Shown piece after piece: positions 12,846 to 26,476 of a DNA stretch of 64,000 bases. The notes under the pieces were generated by a model. The model was given only the letters and a program-made list of their open reading frames with translations. It ran no database searches and had not been told where the DNA came from. Position 1 is the first letter of the stretch. Each line of letters starts with the position of its first letter. Both the position numbers and the translations under genes were made by a program. The stretch is taken from the NCBI GenBank assembly GCA_951406725.2, contig OX597817.1:147932001-147996000 (forward strand), in the 5' to 3' direction. Origin of the DNA: Octopus vulgaris (Eukaryota).

Positions 12846-12961
12846 CATCAAAGCCATACAACATTTTAAGCTGATCTTTCTCTTCGCAGAAATATCAATA
12901 CGATAGGCGTGTGTGTGTCTGTGTGTGTATATATGTATGTAAGAATGTATATCTCTCTTTT

Positions 12962-12991
12962 TATCTATCTATCTATCTATAAATATCTATC

Positions 12992-13060
<69 letters not shown>

Positions 13061-13215
13061 ATCTATATATATATATCTACCTACCTAACTACCTACCTAT
13101 CTATCTATCAATCTATTTATTTATTTATTTATCTATCTATCTCTATATCTATCTATCTCTATATATCTATCTCTATATCTATTTATCTATCTATCTATCT
13201 ATCTATCTCTCTGTC

Positions 13216-13258
<43 letters not shown>

Positions 13259-13290
13259 GTATGTCTCTTTGTCTGTCTGTCTGTCTCTCT
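12962..13290. repeat. (TATC)n microsatellite
   Basis: Visible directly. Confidence 0.95.
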
Positions 13291-13789
13291 AAGTATATAT
13301 TCCGAACGAATAAAAACATAGAAATGAAACGAAATAAGTCGAATAAGAAACGAAAGTCAAAGTAAAGGAGAACAGAGAAGAAGAACAAATAAAATAAAAT
13401 AAAATAACAAAAACCAATAAATGCTATAAAAGATAACAAACAACAGCATCAAAAATATCAGAACAAAACTGTAAGACGACGAAAAAGTGATATGTAGATA
13501 TCACAAACCTGATATATAGAACTGTTGCATCTGAATATATGAATGGTGTTTGCAACAAATACAAATGCAGCAAAGGTGAATTGTTATTTCTCCTCGCTCA
13601 TTTCTCCAGTGGATGATATTTTCTGTCAGATTTTTCTTCCAGATTATTTGTTTATTTTTCTTTTTTATTATATAATCTCTTTTATTACTTCCTTCTTTCG
13701 TTCGTTTAGTTATTTTTTTAAATTTTTGCTTACCTACAAACCTATGCTTTTCGTTGATGGTTTTTTTTGTTTTTGAGTGTGTGTTTCCT

Positions 13790-13839
<50 letters not shown>

Positions 13840-14067
13840 ACACACACATACATATATGTATATATATATACGTATGTATATATATATATATATATATATA
13901 CATATCTACTTATATATATATATACTTATGTATGTGTAGATGTGTATATATATATATATAAGTATGTATGTATATATATACATATACATATATAAGAATA
14001 TACATACATATACACATGTATAAGTATATATATATATATATATACATATATATATACATACACACAT

Positions 14068-14112
<45 letters not shown>

Positions 14113-14625
14113 CATATATACATGTATAAGTATATATATAATGTTGAAGAATATGACAAGAAATAACAAAGAATTGTGTGAAAGGTCAGCTGAAGGATTT
14201 CCCGCCTATTATAGGCGGGAATGAACAGAAAGCAGATTGAATAGAAGTTGTAGCTATGTTCAACAAGGACTTCCAAGCTGACATACACATGCACCAAAGC
14301 AGGGAGAAGAAAAAAAAAGATATATTCTCAATGTTCATGTATACTTGAGGTGAATAGTAGACGCTTTATATCTTTTTGTTTCTTAATTTCAACTTTTTGT
14401 ACCAGAGTGTATTTGATAAAAATAACTATATTCACTGAAATACACGGAAAGGATGAGAGAGAGAGAGAGAGAGAGCGATAGAGAGAGAGAGAGAGAGAGC
14501 GATAGAGAGAGAGAGAGGGAGAGAGAGAGAGCTTTTTGATTGGCTGATTCGATTGCACTTCAGCGTACGTAGTAATGCTATATATATATATAGATATGTG
14601 TGTGTGTGTGTGTGTGTGTAAATAG

Positions 14626-14678
<53 letters not shown>

Positions 14679-14839
14679 ATCGCCATATTAATATGGCAGC
14701 CTTATAGATATAAGACTAAAAGCTGTCGCTGATTAGCTCCATGAGGCCATCGCCTTAAGATAGCTATTTGACACACAAACTGTGTCCATTATAACATTCG
14801 AACAAGGGAGGTCAGCCGCTTCACACTGCCAGTCAGACA

Positions 14840-14882
14840 GCTACAGACGCGTTTCAGGGTATTTGCCCTTTGTCAATGTAGC
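14840..14882 (-). ncRNA. Minimal type I hammerhead ribozyme, U3:A8 core variant (F1)
   Basis: GCTACA-TTGACAA-AGGG caaata CCCT-GAAA-CGCG-TC-TGTAGC: 6-bp helix I, 4-bp helix II, palindromic helix III ACGCGT, GUC triplet. Confidence 0.7.
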
Positions 14883-15032
14883 GTAGTCGACCCAGCAGGT
14901 GTCGCCACTGATCGTCTCTGTTCGAAGGTTTTATTTACCTAGTTTCGGTGGAATACATCCACTTGATTTCAATAATAGAAATAAAACCTTCGAACAGAGA
15001 CGATCAATAGCGACACCTGCTGGGTCGACTAC

Positions 15033-15075
15033 GCTATAATGACAAAGGGCAAATACCCTGAAACGCGTCTGTAGC
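15033..15075 (+). ncRNA. Second arm copy of the F1 hammerhead (position 3 is A; probably inactive)
   Basis: GCTATA-ATGACAA-AGGG caaata CCCT-GAAA-CGCG-TC-TGTAGC. Confidence 0.6.
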
Positions 15076-15818
15076 TGTCTGACTGGCAGTGTGAAGCGGC
15101 TGACCTCCCTTGTTCGAAGGTTATAATGGACACAGTTTGTGTGTCAAATAGCTATCTTAAGGCGATGGCCTCATGGAGCTAATCAGCGACAGCTTTTAGT
15201 CTTATATGTATAAGACTGCCATATTAATATGGCGATGACAATTAATTTCCAGTAACGCTGCCGTAATCTCTTTTAGAGAGACTTAGTAATTTTAATATTA
15301 CTATTATATATATATATATATATATATATAATACACATATAATCTATATGCATGCATATGCATACATAAACATATATTGCAATATGAATATATATATATT
15401 TACCTATGTACATTTGTGTATGTGTCTGCGTGCGTGTTTGTGTTTGTATGTGTGTATCTGTGTCTGTGTAGAAGATCTTGAGAGGGTTTAGCTACTAACT
15501 GCGTGACTGAAAGGGATATCTCTGTATTATAACAAAGACCCTATTTATTTCAATTCCTCCTCAAAACTCCTCAGAGATATGCATCGTGCAGATTGTCATA
15601 TTTTTGTTTCAAAAGGCACTTAGAATTTCATCCTCGATACTAGATGAGTCTACATCACGTCAGGAATCACAGAGCAGACGCTTCATCCGAGAAAATTCTC
15701 CACCAGAACCAAACCAAAGGGAGGTCCGGGTCAGTGAGTTGATATATAAAATATATCAGCTTAGTGGGTTTGCCTCATCATAGCTATAGCCCGTGGGTGA
15801 TGTAGGTAAAAGTCAATT

Positions 15819-15874
<56 letters not shown>

Positions 15875-16180
15875 GTTAGATAAGGCCGGTTTATAGGATT
15901 CTTGTCCATGAAGTTTTTAGCGTTATGGCGAATCATAATATCCCAAAACCTCTAGGGTTCAAGCTTCCTTAGCAAGTGGACTCTCTAGAATATGGAGGAG
16001 AAAATGACACCGCTACTGAGTGTAAACAAATTGACTTATCTCCCTTTGGCAATCGATCGCCGGTCACCGGCATCCCTGTTATGCTTGTGGGTTACAATAT
16101 GCCAGCAGGAATTTCCTGAATTGTAAGCACAGTCCGAAGACCTCTATTCTGGAGCTAAGGCTATGTATATATATATATAT

Positions 16181-17123
16181 ACATGGTAATGCAATAAAAA
16201 TGGTAAATAATTTTCCTGTGGTTTTTCATGTAACCAACAATTATTTACCGGTAAAATTCGGTATGTAAATACGACAAATTAATTGTCAGGACCTTTGTAA
16301 GGTTCAGTATATAGTAAAGAAAATGAGTTGGCTAGCAGCAAGCTGTTTCGCCTCATACCGAAGGAATTAGAAATGGCAGTCAAAGACCGTTTTTTCCATT
16401 TCTATAAGTGGAGATTCCAAAAACGAAGGCCCTTGCGGCTCACATACACAAAATCGGAGTGGCAAATATACGGAGGCAGTCACTTACCGTTAATAGCGAA
16501 CACCGTGTTTCTGGATCACAAACATATAAAAAAAAAGGGAGTTTGAATTCCGTCATCAGCGCTATATTCGATAGCTTTATCAAATGCCACCAGCCCTCAC
16601 TTCTGACCCAGCGACATCAGATAGTGGGGAGAAGTGCGCAGATGTTAAAACCAAGTAACGACTGGGAACGTAAATTTTCCCTCCAAAATTCTGCCATGCA
16701 CGCCTTCTGGGTAATCGTAATGGAATGAGGAATCCACATGGTAATGCAATAAAAATGGTAAATAATTTTCCTGTGGTTTTTCATGTAACCAACAATTATT
16801 TACCGGTAAAATTCGGTATGTAAATACGACAAATTAATTGTCAGGACCTTTGTAAGGTTCAGTATATAGTAAAGAAAATGAGTTGGCTAGCAGCAAGCTG
16901 TTTCGCCTCATACCGAAGGAATTAGAAATGGCAGTCAAAGACCGTTTTTTCCATTTCTATAAGTGGAGATTCCAAAAACCAAGGCCCTTGCGGCTCACAT
17001 ACACAAAATCGGAGTGGCAAATATACGGAGACTTATAGAAATGGAAAAAACGGTATTTGACTGCCATTTCTAATTCCTTCGGTATGAGGCGAAACAGCTT
17101 GCTGCTAGCCAACTCATTTTCTT

Positions 17124-17132
<9 letters not shown>
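16181..17132 (-). mobile_element. HHR-bearing module F2: 555-bp unit in ~1.5 tandem copies plus an inverted ~100-bp segment, between (TA)n tracts
   Basis: 16181-16475 is repeated near-identically at 16736-17030; 17031-17132 is the reverse complement of ~16863-16964. Confidence 0.85.
16493..16565 (-). ncRNA. Type I hammerhead ribozyme (F2)
   Basis: ATAGCG-CTGATGA-CGGAATTCAAAC…GTTTGTGATCCA-GAAA-CACGGTG-TT-CGCTAT: perfect 6-bp helix I, intact core, near-palindromic helix III, C.A mismatch at the base of helix II. Confidence 0.75.
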
Positions 17133-17180
<48 letters not shown>

Positions 17181-17280
17181 TAAAAACGGTAAGATAACAA
17201 AAGCAAGAAACAGACCTCAATATTATGTAAATAGAGGAAATTTATCTATAAAATAATATGTTACAATTACTCAATAATCA

Positions 17281-17343
17281 AGATAAAACTCTGAGTTTCA
17301 GATGCCGAAGTGGAAATCCACAACACCATCTCTTCGGTTATCT
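17281..17343 (-). ncRNA. Hammerhead-like motif with CCGAAGA core (F3), in a module spanning ~17177-17400
   Basis: AGATAA-CCGAAGA-GATG…CATC-T-GAAA-CTCAGAG-TT-TTATCT. Confidence 0.55.
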
Positions 17344-17944
17344 GGCCATCTGAAAAACGCTATGAAAAAATACCGTTATATAAAGGGAAATTACCATGTT
17401 ATAATTCTGCTACTTATATAAAATAAGATTAAAAGTTCATAGTAAACACGTAAACATGGCTAGTCATACGCTCACATGTGCGCTCGCGAACAACGTGCGT
17501 ACTTATACGTCACTATGAAAACGTACACATCTTCACTCAATTTTTCGTCAAATATATACGCATATATATAAAAACTCATACACACACATGCGCATACCGT
17601 AAAAGTCCATACATACGTCTATATACGCACAAGCACAAGAAAAGCCATGGTTAAAGGTAACAGAAAAAACATAAGGAAGTATACAAAGCATAAAAACCAC
17701 GTTCATATACGGAGCTGCCCTTATGCACTCATACACACAAACGCCTATATATGTACATACCCGCACATGTTTATTTATATACGCATACACACACACGCAT
17801 ATACAAAAAATAAATATACATATGCTCCCCCCACCAAAAAACCCTAAAAAAATGGAAAAAACTAAGTAAAAACGTCTATATATATATGCATTCTTATGCA
17901 TATATACATGCATATATACATGTATATATATATATATATAGACA

Positions 17945-18166
17945 TATTGATAAAAATGGTAAGGCAACAAAAGAATGAAAGAAACCCCGATATTATGTAA
18001 ATATAGGAATTTATCTGTAAATGTAATATGTGACAATTATTCGGTACCCATGATAAAACTCCGAGTTTCAGATGCCAAGGTGAAGAGATGGCGGCGTGGA
18101 TTTCCACCTCGGCGTCTGAAACTCGGAGTTTTATCATGGCTACCGAATAATTGTCACATATTACAT

Positions 18167-18170
<4 letters not shown>
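17945..18170. mobile_element. F3 module folded back on itself (arms ~18018-18082 / 18105-18168), TA-flanked
   Basis: Same family as 17177-17400 and 52570-52675; the inversion point lies inside the HHR core (TGAAGAGATG at 18081). Confidence 0.75.
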
Positions 18171-18216
<46 letters not shown>

Positions 18217-18549
18217 ACTCTATGTATACTTTTAAAATTCTCTGTGTATATACAATGAATAACATATAAAAAGAATGTGTACTTGTGGAGCCCTTCCTCT
18301 CTCATCCTTTCATACATTTGCTGTGCTGTTGGGTAAAGTGTGCATATGGGCAGAGGTCACAAATATATATGCATCCGTTATAATTAGTGATTACATGCTA
18401 CATGTTTCGAAGACATAATGGCTCGCGAGTGCCCCTGAGGCTGTCCCTTATACACAAAAATAAACAGGTGCGCGCACATACTTTTGTATATATGTAAGCA
18501 TGTATATAGTCAGGCCTCTCTTGAGTGCCACTCGTAACTTTTCACCCAG

Positions 18550-18613
18550 CGCACACTGTCGTATGGGCGGACCGCCAAGGCGACAAATTCAGCAACGCCA
18601 CCAAACTTGTATG
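18550..18613 (+). CDS. Candidate 64-nt internal coding exon, product unknown
   Basis: Acceptor TAACTTTTCACCCAG|, donor ATG|GTGAGT, locally GC-rich, no repeat recognised; one frame (xHTVVWADRQGDKFSNATKLV) is rich in RNY codons. No homology recognised. Confidence 0.35.
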
Positions 18614-18713
18614 GTGAGTATGGTGGCTCTTTGTCACTTTGGGACAAGAAAAGCAAAACTCTTGAAAGGACATATGAAGTCAGGAGTTTCAATTACATGA
18701 TATACATATATGT

Positions 18714-18771
<58 letters not shown>

Positions 18772-20567
18772 ACACACACATACCTATGTGTGTGTGTGCG
18801 TATGTCTGTGTTTGCATGTGTGAGTGTGTTTCTGAATGTAGATATTTCTTGTATGGGAAACAGGTATGCTTTTAGGATACCAGTGTAGGCTGGACCCTAA
18901 CCCAATACGAAGGCAATTAAACAGGATGGTGGAAAAAAACATAGAAAAGCGCGAGGAATATTGTTCATTGAGTTTGCGGCACGCAGTTACGCCGTTTTCT
19001 GCTGTCTAGGTTTCCCACACTACTGGATAATTATTATCTGTGCAGATAGTCTAACAGTTCTAATGTTAGATCCTCATGCGTCGAAATCGACGAGAGAATC
19101 CATTATATATGCGTGCATGTTGTATGTGTGCATGTGTGTTTCAGGATATGTGTACCATGTGTGTATCTGGGCGTGTGTTTATCGCTCTGTATGTGCAGGA
19201 TTGGATAAGGAAAAAAATACTCTACGACAATTTACAGAAAGGCAGATATATTAAATAGTTCCCGCGTATGTCAATTTAGCTTCTGTTTTAATTAAATCCA
19301 ATAGATACGTTTAATATATTAAGATCAAACAAAGTGATAGAAGATTAGGGTTTTAGAAGCAAGATCTCTTTTCCAGTATTGATTATATCATAATTAATTA
19401 TTAGCAATTGTTCTACCTCCAAGTGGAATATTTCACAATTAAAATTTTGAAATTACATTTCTGAAATATTTATTAATTGGCACACTTTATATGAACACTA
19501 TTGTTATAAATATATGTTCAATAGGCCTTGTATGTAACTTTAATTTATATAAGGTTAATATTATCATATCAATACTGCGAGTTGAGTAATCGAAATTCTA
19601 ATATATAACAATATATTGGATCGATTGTCGTACGTTTACTACGTAAGACTACTTTTTTTTGTTTCGAATGTTACAAACGATTATTTATTTATTTTACGTA
19701 GTAAAGATCTATCTCAATGCTACTGAATCAAATGTTAATAAAATGCCTGTTTCATTTGCATGAATATAAATACGGTCTGTAGGCAATAGAAAACAAAACA
19801 AGTAATTCGAGTGAAAATATTAACAAAGACGTAAGAAATGAATAATATATCACTATTGTATGTAATTTCAACATGAGAATATACTGGAAATAACTTAATA
19901 CGAATTACAAATGTCGCATTATATCCAATGCTTTTCTGAACAATAGGACTTCTACAATATATATTTAGGAAACTATTTCGAAACAATTTGCAGATTAATG
20001 TCGAAAACAGAATAGTTAAATGTGTCTAGTTTGTAAAATAAAAATGCATAAATAAATTAAAATATAGCTGGTTACATGCATACATAATATATATATACAT
20101 ATATTACATGTATATATATATATATATAAATTTATTTAAACTACTTCAATATATATTTACTACACGCAAGCCCCCACACACACTCTCTCTCACACAAATG
20201 TACATATTATATATATGTACATACATGTAGGCAAGCATACATAAACAATACGTACAAACGTATGTACATACTTAAGAATCTGAAGCAAACAAAGAGACTG
20301 GATAGCATAAACTACAGAGATACAATATCTAAGCGGAAATATTAAAAATATGCAAGATTTTTATAAAGATCCATATGCAACCATTATCATTGTTATTATC
20401 CAAATTTCAATGATGAAACTTTTGATACAAACCTACCGCCTCCTTCTAAGAAGGATACAAGAACTTAAAAACTAAAGACACATATGGAGACACAGGGAAT
20501 TTTTCATGTAAATAGACGTAGGAATCGTTCATGATTAAAATGCATTTCTAGTCTTTAGGAACATATA

Positions 20568-20900
20568 TTACCTTCGCCTTATCGAAGGGGCAGATATTGT
20601 TTTCAGTCGCACTTGTTTGTCCGTGGACAAAATAGCTCAAGAACCGCTGGGTAGATTCGGATGAAACTGTTTGGCCTTGTGACTGGCATACACTGACAAG
20701 GATTCTGAATTATTTTTCCTTTATTTTTTTGTTTTTTACTTAATTTTTGAGAGGGGTCAGGCTCATTTTTAGTATTCTCGTTTATGAGAGCAGTGGAGTT
20801 TATTTCAGATATTCTCATTTTAAAAATCATCTCCGGCTAATCGTTGAGAGTATGATGGTGTTGCGTCGGCGGAGGTTGGCGCTCTCTGAGCGCTCTTGTT
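20568..20900 (+). mobile_element. Non-autonomous Helentron/DINE-1-like (HINE) element
   Basis: 5' TTACCTTCGCC with subterminal inverted partner GGCGGAGGT (20868-20876); core GTTTGTCCGT…AGCTCAAGAACCG…GATTCGGATGAAAC; 3' hairpin GCGCTC-TCT-GAGCGC then TT. Confidence 0.75.
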
Positions 20901-21234
20901 ATTATTAACTCAACTGATTAATGATAAGACGAACTATGTTTACAAGTTAATTTCTCACACACCCACATATATTTCTCCTTTATTGGTTTCAGTCTCTGGC
21001 CTTCACCCACGCAAACTCACCATCTTCAAGGTTTCTTGTAATTATTTCAGCATCCTACACAAAGTCTTCATCTCTATCGATTATGCAGTTTCCTTCTGAG
21101 TCATACAGGTGCACAGAATTTCATATGTGATATCACAAGTAATCGTAAATATACACACAGAAATATGTAAACATAATGAGCGTCCGTACAATTTCTATTT
21201 ACCGAATTTTACTCTTGAAGTAGTGCTTAATATG

Positions 21235-22360
21235 TGCTTAGCGGCATTTCGACCGTCTTTACGGTCTGGGTTCAAATACCACCGGAGTCGACTTTGTCTT
21301 TTATCATTTCGGGGCTTTAAAATTAGGACTAGTTGAGCACTGGTGTCGATTTAACCGACTCAGCCCCTACCCCGGAATTGCTGGCATTGTGCCTAAATTT
21401 GAAACCAATATGTGGCTACGATAATAGGGCATTTCGACGAGACGTTGTGCAATGGAATTATTGTTTTATTTATGAGTAGATCATTTGTTTTCGGCCACCT
21501 TTAGTACGTTTGGCAAGGAAATATTATTTTTTACTGTAGGCATAAGGCCCGAAATTTTGGGGGAGGGAACCAGTCGATTAGATCGACCCCAGTACGCAGC
21601 TGGTACTTAATTTATCGACCCCGAAAGGATGAAAGGCAAAGTCGAACTTGGAGGAATTTGAACGCAGAAAATGAAGACAGACGAAATATCGCTAACCATT
21701 TCGCTCGATATGTTAACGTTTCTACCAGTTCGCCGCCTCTGGCAACGAAATACCTATTTCTTTATTGCCCACAGGGGTCGGGTAGGGGCCTAAGAATAGA
21801 CGGTACAAACAAGGCCAAGCAGAGCGATTGTCATTGATATCGACCCCAGTGCATAACTGGTACTTATTTATCAAATCTCGAAAGAATTTAATTCTTTCGA
21901 AGCAAGGTCGACCTCGGCGGAAATTGAACTCAGAACCTGAAGACAGACGAAATACCTATAGCTTTATTACCCACAAGGGGCTAAACACAGAGGTGACAAA
22001 CAAGGCCAGACAAACGGATTAAGTCGATTACATCAGGCAAAGTCGACGTCGGCGGAATTTGAACTCAGAATGTAGCGATAGACGAAATACCGGTAAGCAT
22101 TTCGCCCGGCATGCTAACGTTTCTGCCAGCTCGCCGCCTTGTAAATCTTCTACATTGTATTTATTCTCTTTTCTAGAAAGCGGCGAGCTGGCAGAACGTC
22201 TGCCGCTACGTTCTGAGTTCAAATTACGCCCCAATGGTCGACTTTAACTTTCATCCTTTTGGGGTCGACATTAGTACCAGTTACGCACTTGGATCGATAT
22301 AATCGACTAGCCCCCTCCTTCCCCCCAAATTTTCAAATCCTTGTGCCTGGAGTAGAAATC
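21235..22360. mobile_element. Cluster of SINE family B copies (+ 21235-21410; - tandem 21525-22140; + 22178-22360)
   Basis: Repeated GGCGAGCTGGCAGAA head and GCCTTTCATCCTTTCGGGGTCGATAAATTAAGTACCAG domain on both strands. Confidence 0.9.
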
Positions 22361-22900
22361 ATAATTTTCTCCTAGATTTGATTTGTAACAGACATATGTT
22401 ATATTTAACAAAATGTAGTTATGTATAATAACAGTTATATTTAATTGATATATAGTTAAGTTTGCGACTCTTTTCCTTGTTGTTTCTTAATACAAGACTA
22501 TATTACTTAAATGATGCTTGTTGTTCCGTGTCTTTTATGCTTTCTTGCAGTTCTGAAAATTAACCACTTTCAATGTAATACTCACATTGAGCATTTTCCG
22601 AACTATGACATTTATTTTAGCTTTCTAAATGAATACCTAGTCATCTTAAAGCTCATTCACTCACACATATTGATTAACTGCTACATAGTTGTTTTTAAGA
22701 TATGCTCCGTAGTCATTTCCCAATTCGCATGCGTATACGCATTTATCTCTCTGAGATACAGACATGTTATCCTGAGATTTAGTCACGAATCTCAGGTGTC
22801 TTCATAAGTTTCTTGCAGAGAAAAGGATATTATCTCTCCGTAAGTCCTAATTCCAACATGATATATAATATATATAAAATAGCATAATACAGTATGCTAT

Positions 22901-22930
22901 AATCTTATATATAAATGGCAGTTTCTTTCA

Positions 22931-22964
<34 letters not shown>

Positions 22965-23050
22965 CTGCTACCATCTTGCTGCCAAAACCAGGGAACCAAT
23001 CTTCACCAAACTTTGTATGCACGTTGAACTAACATCAAGTTCAATTATAG
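22901..23050 (+). mobile_element. Helitron-like non-autonomous 5' end
   Basis: ATCTTATATATAAA, then (GTCT)n, then AAAACCAGGGAACCAATCTTCACCAAACTTTG, the usual order in non-autonomous Helitron/HINE 5' ends; no 3' end identified. Confidence 0.5.
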
Positions 23051-23239
23051 GCTAATTAGATCTCAATAAGAATCGATACGGGGGTTGGGCTATTACAGGA
23101 TAACCTGAGAGGGGTTAGGTTCAGGGAAGCGTGACATAATGAGGGTAGCTGATACCAGGGAAGGGGAGGAAACAAAAAGAGATAGGAACACAAAGAATGT
23201 GAGAGACAGACAGAGAGAACGACAGACAGAGATACTTCC

Positions 23240-23302
<63 letters not shown>

Positions 23303-24065
23303 AGTGTGTGTGTGCGTGTGTGTGTATGTGTGTGTGCGTATCTTCCTTATGCATTCGAATTGCCGATTTTGACGTATGGGGTATCGAAAGATTCAGTAAT
23401 CTTACGACTACCAAATAAACTTCATTTTCATTTCCGTATTTGCATTACAAAAATTTTACATTATAATATTTTCCATAAGTCAACTATCGTATGCATTTTA
23501 TACTACGACGACAACGATGACATCACATTTTCTATATGAGTTTGTACCTTAAAAGACGTCCATTTCTCTATATGTCATGAAGACATACAGTCACTCACTT
23601 TCTCTCGTGCATGCACACGCACACATATATACAAAAAACTTGTATGCATATGTATCTCTGTATGTGTATATGAAAGATGTGTGTGTGTGGGGGGGGGGGG
23701 GAAGAGACCGAGTGCCACTTACACATACATGACAACACACTTCTCTCTCTCTCGCGTACACGCGCGCACACACACACACACACACAGGTCCATTACATAT
23801 ACACTACGTGCATATTTCAATTTCTTCTCTTTTTCACTTTCTGCACTCACTCCAAAGCAAATATCACGGTTTAGCTTTCTCCTTTCTCTCAATTTCTGCT
23901 CTCTTCAACATATTAAGAAATAAAAATGAATTACGGAAATTAACGAATATATTCGAAAACTGAGTTGCTGATTTTTATGTATGGGGTATCAACAGATTCT
24001 GTAATTTTTCGGCTAACAAATAAACTTTATTTTCATTAACATATTTGTATATATACATACATACA

Positions 24066-24189
<124 letters not shown>

Positions 24190-24739
24190 CTTATAATTTA
24201 CATCACCTTTGGGAAAGTGGCCTTGGATATCTTATTTCAGGAGACAGACTGCTGGCTTTTCTATCCGAAATTTTTAGTGCTTTTCATTACCCGATTAAAA
24301 ATTTCATACATTTCCCATTCACAAAGAAGAATCGGTCATCATCTTCCTTTATAGCATAAAGTGGTCCTCAGGGAACGCTTGAACATTCTAATGACATAAT
24401 TCTTTTCCAGCAAATCCTGCGTCAGCTTCTTCGGATTTCCACATTCAAATGAACTTATGGGCAAAGAGGTTGAATCTATTGACAAGTAGTTTTGTGAAAT
24501 TGAGAGTGACAACACTGGCACTATTTGAATAATTATATCGGACTGTTGTGAGCTAAAGGTTCTGAAGTGATGTGTAACAGGCTTCGAATTTGGTTTCCTA
24601 TGTCGGTAAAAACATTTCTTACTCGCCTTCTGTACTCGCCGCCTTCTTCTGTACAGATACATCTATTTAGAGTATGAAACGCTATTGTTAATGTACATCA
24701 CATCTATTTACGGACTCTTCCGAATTTTGTCAATAACCA

Positions 24740-25760
24740 AAAGCGGTGATATGGCATGTTTGTTAGAGTACAGGAATATATGATTTGCTGTATTTTCCCC
24801 GGGGTTTTTCCCGCTAAGTTCAAATACCGCTGAAGCCTTTAATCTCTTCAACGTTGATAAAATTAAGTGCCAGAATAATACTTCTGTTAATGTAATCGAT
24901 TATCACTTTCTACCTTCTCACAATCAAAAGTTATAGTTATTGTGATTATTATTAAAGGCCAAGACCGGGTGAAATGCTTAGCGGTATTTCGTCTGCCGCT
25001 ACGTTCTGAGTTCAAATTCCGCCGAGGTCGACTTTGCCTCTCATCATTTCGGGGTCGACTAAATAAGTACCAGTTAGGCACTAGGGTCGATATAATCGAC
25101 TTAATCCGTTTGTCTGTCCTTGTTTGTCCTCTCTGTGTTTATCCCCTTGTGGGTAGTAAAGAAATTGGTATTTCGTCTACCGCTACGTTGTGAGTTCAAG
25201 TTCCGCCGAGGTCGACTTTGACTTTCATCATTTCGGAGTAGATTAATTAAGTACCAGTTATGCACTGGGGTCGATGTAATTGACTTATCCCGTCCCCACA
25301 CATTTCATGTCTTGTACTTACAGTCGAATGGATTATTATTACAGGCCGCGAGCAACCAGAATTACTAAGGCTTAGATAATATGACTAGCGGTATTTTTTG
25401 CAGTTCTTTAAGTTTAAATTTCGCTGGGGTCAAACTTGCATTTCATCTCTACGGAATCGGCCAAATAATATCCTACCAGCTTCTGGAGTCAATGCAATCG
25501 ATCAATCCCACTCTCACTGAAATTACAGATTTTACTCCAAAATTTAAACAAATATCAATGAGGCGGCACACGGTCAGAATCGCTTAGCGGCGTTGCGTCA
25601 ATTTTGCCGTTCAGGAAACAAATTTCGCCGATGTCCAATTTACCTTTCAATATTTCGAGGTCTACGAAATAAGACCGGTTAAGTATTGGAGTCGACGTAA
25701 TCGACTTACACCCGCCTTCATAACTGATGGCCTTGCGCCAAAATTTAAAGCCGTTATTAT
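24740..25760 (+). mobile_element. Tandem SINE family B copies of differing ages
   Basis: Young dimer at 24956-25340 flanked by diverged copies. Confidence 0.85.
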
Positions 25761-26133
25761 TACTGGTGGTGGTGGGGGAGTTATTGTGTTTTTTTGCTAT
25801 TACTCTTTCTGAAGTTATGCTTTTGCCCTACATGTAAGCCGAGTGAAGGCCTCAGATACAGCCCCTCCCAACACATCGCATACACTCGTATGGACCAGCA
25901 TGTGTCTCCTGATGTAATCACATCAATAACTTAGAGTAGTAAATGCTGTCTAATATGATAACCGGATATTAATTGTGATATTACTGAATATTATATCAAT
26001 ATTCCGGCTTGAGGCCAAGATTATTACACAAGACATACAAAATGAATCGACAGTTACGTGTAATAAGGGAAGCAAATGATCTGCGCACATGCATACGTAC
26101 GTACATACATACATGCATACATACATACATACA

Positions 26134-26164
<31 letters not shown>

Positions 26165-26429
26165 GCATGTATATATTTAGACGCATACAAAGAGTCACGC
26201 GCACGCAGGCACACATAACATATACACATATTCATAGACACACACATATGTATATACATATGTATTCATATATGTACATACATATATCTACATACACACA
26301 TATAAATATTTATATATGTATATATATATATATACATACATACACACGTATATACGAATGCGTGTGCTACTATACTTGTACATATTAATGAATATTTCTG
26401 TGCATATAGATATTCATATGCATGTGCAT

Positions 26430-26476
<47 letters not shown>

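Larger units (their letters stand above)
14673..15305. mobile_element. Penelope-type pLTR-like foldback module (family F1): ~264-bp inverted arms 14673-14936 / 14979-15242, flanked by (TA)n
   Basis: Arms are near-identical reverse complements, each containing an HHR motif; the plus arm runs ~60 bp further into a (TA)n tract. Confidence 0.8.

Noticed and set aside
15510-15582. Minus-strand CTGAGGA…GAAA with flanking ATATCT/AGATAT
   Set aside because: No UH cleavage site or helix III; explained by a short inverted repeat.
22819-22839. Possible 21-nt exon (TTTCTTGCAG| … |GTAAGT)
   Set aside because: Only splice motifs support it, and joining it directly to the preferred frame of the 18550 exon creates a stop.
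24339-24662. 107-aa non-repetitive minus-strand ORF
   Set aside because: No recognisable domain or splice context; this length is attainable by chance.
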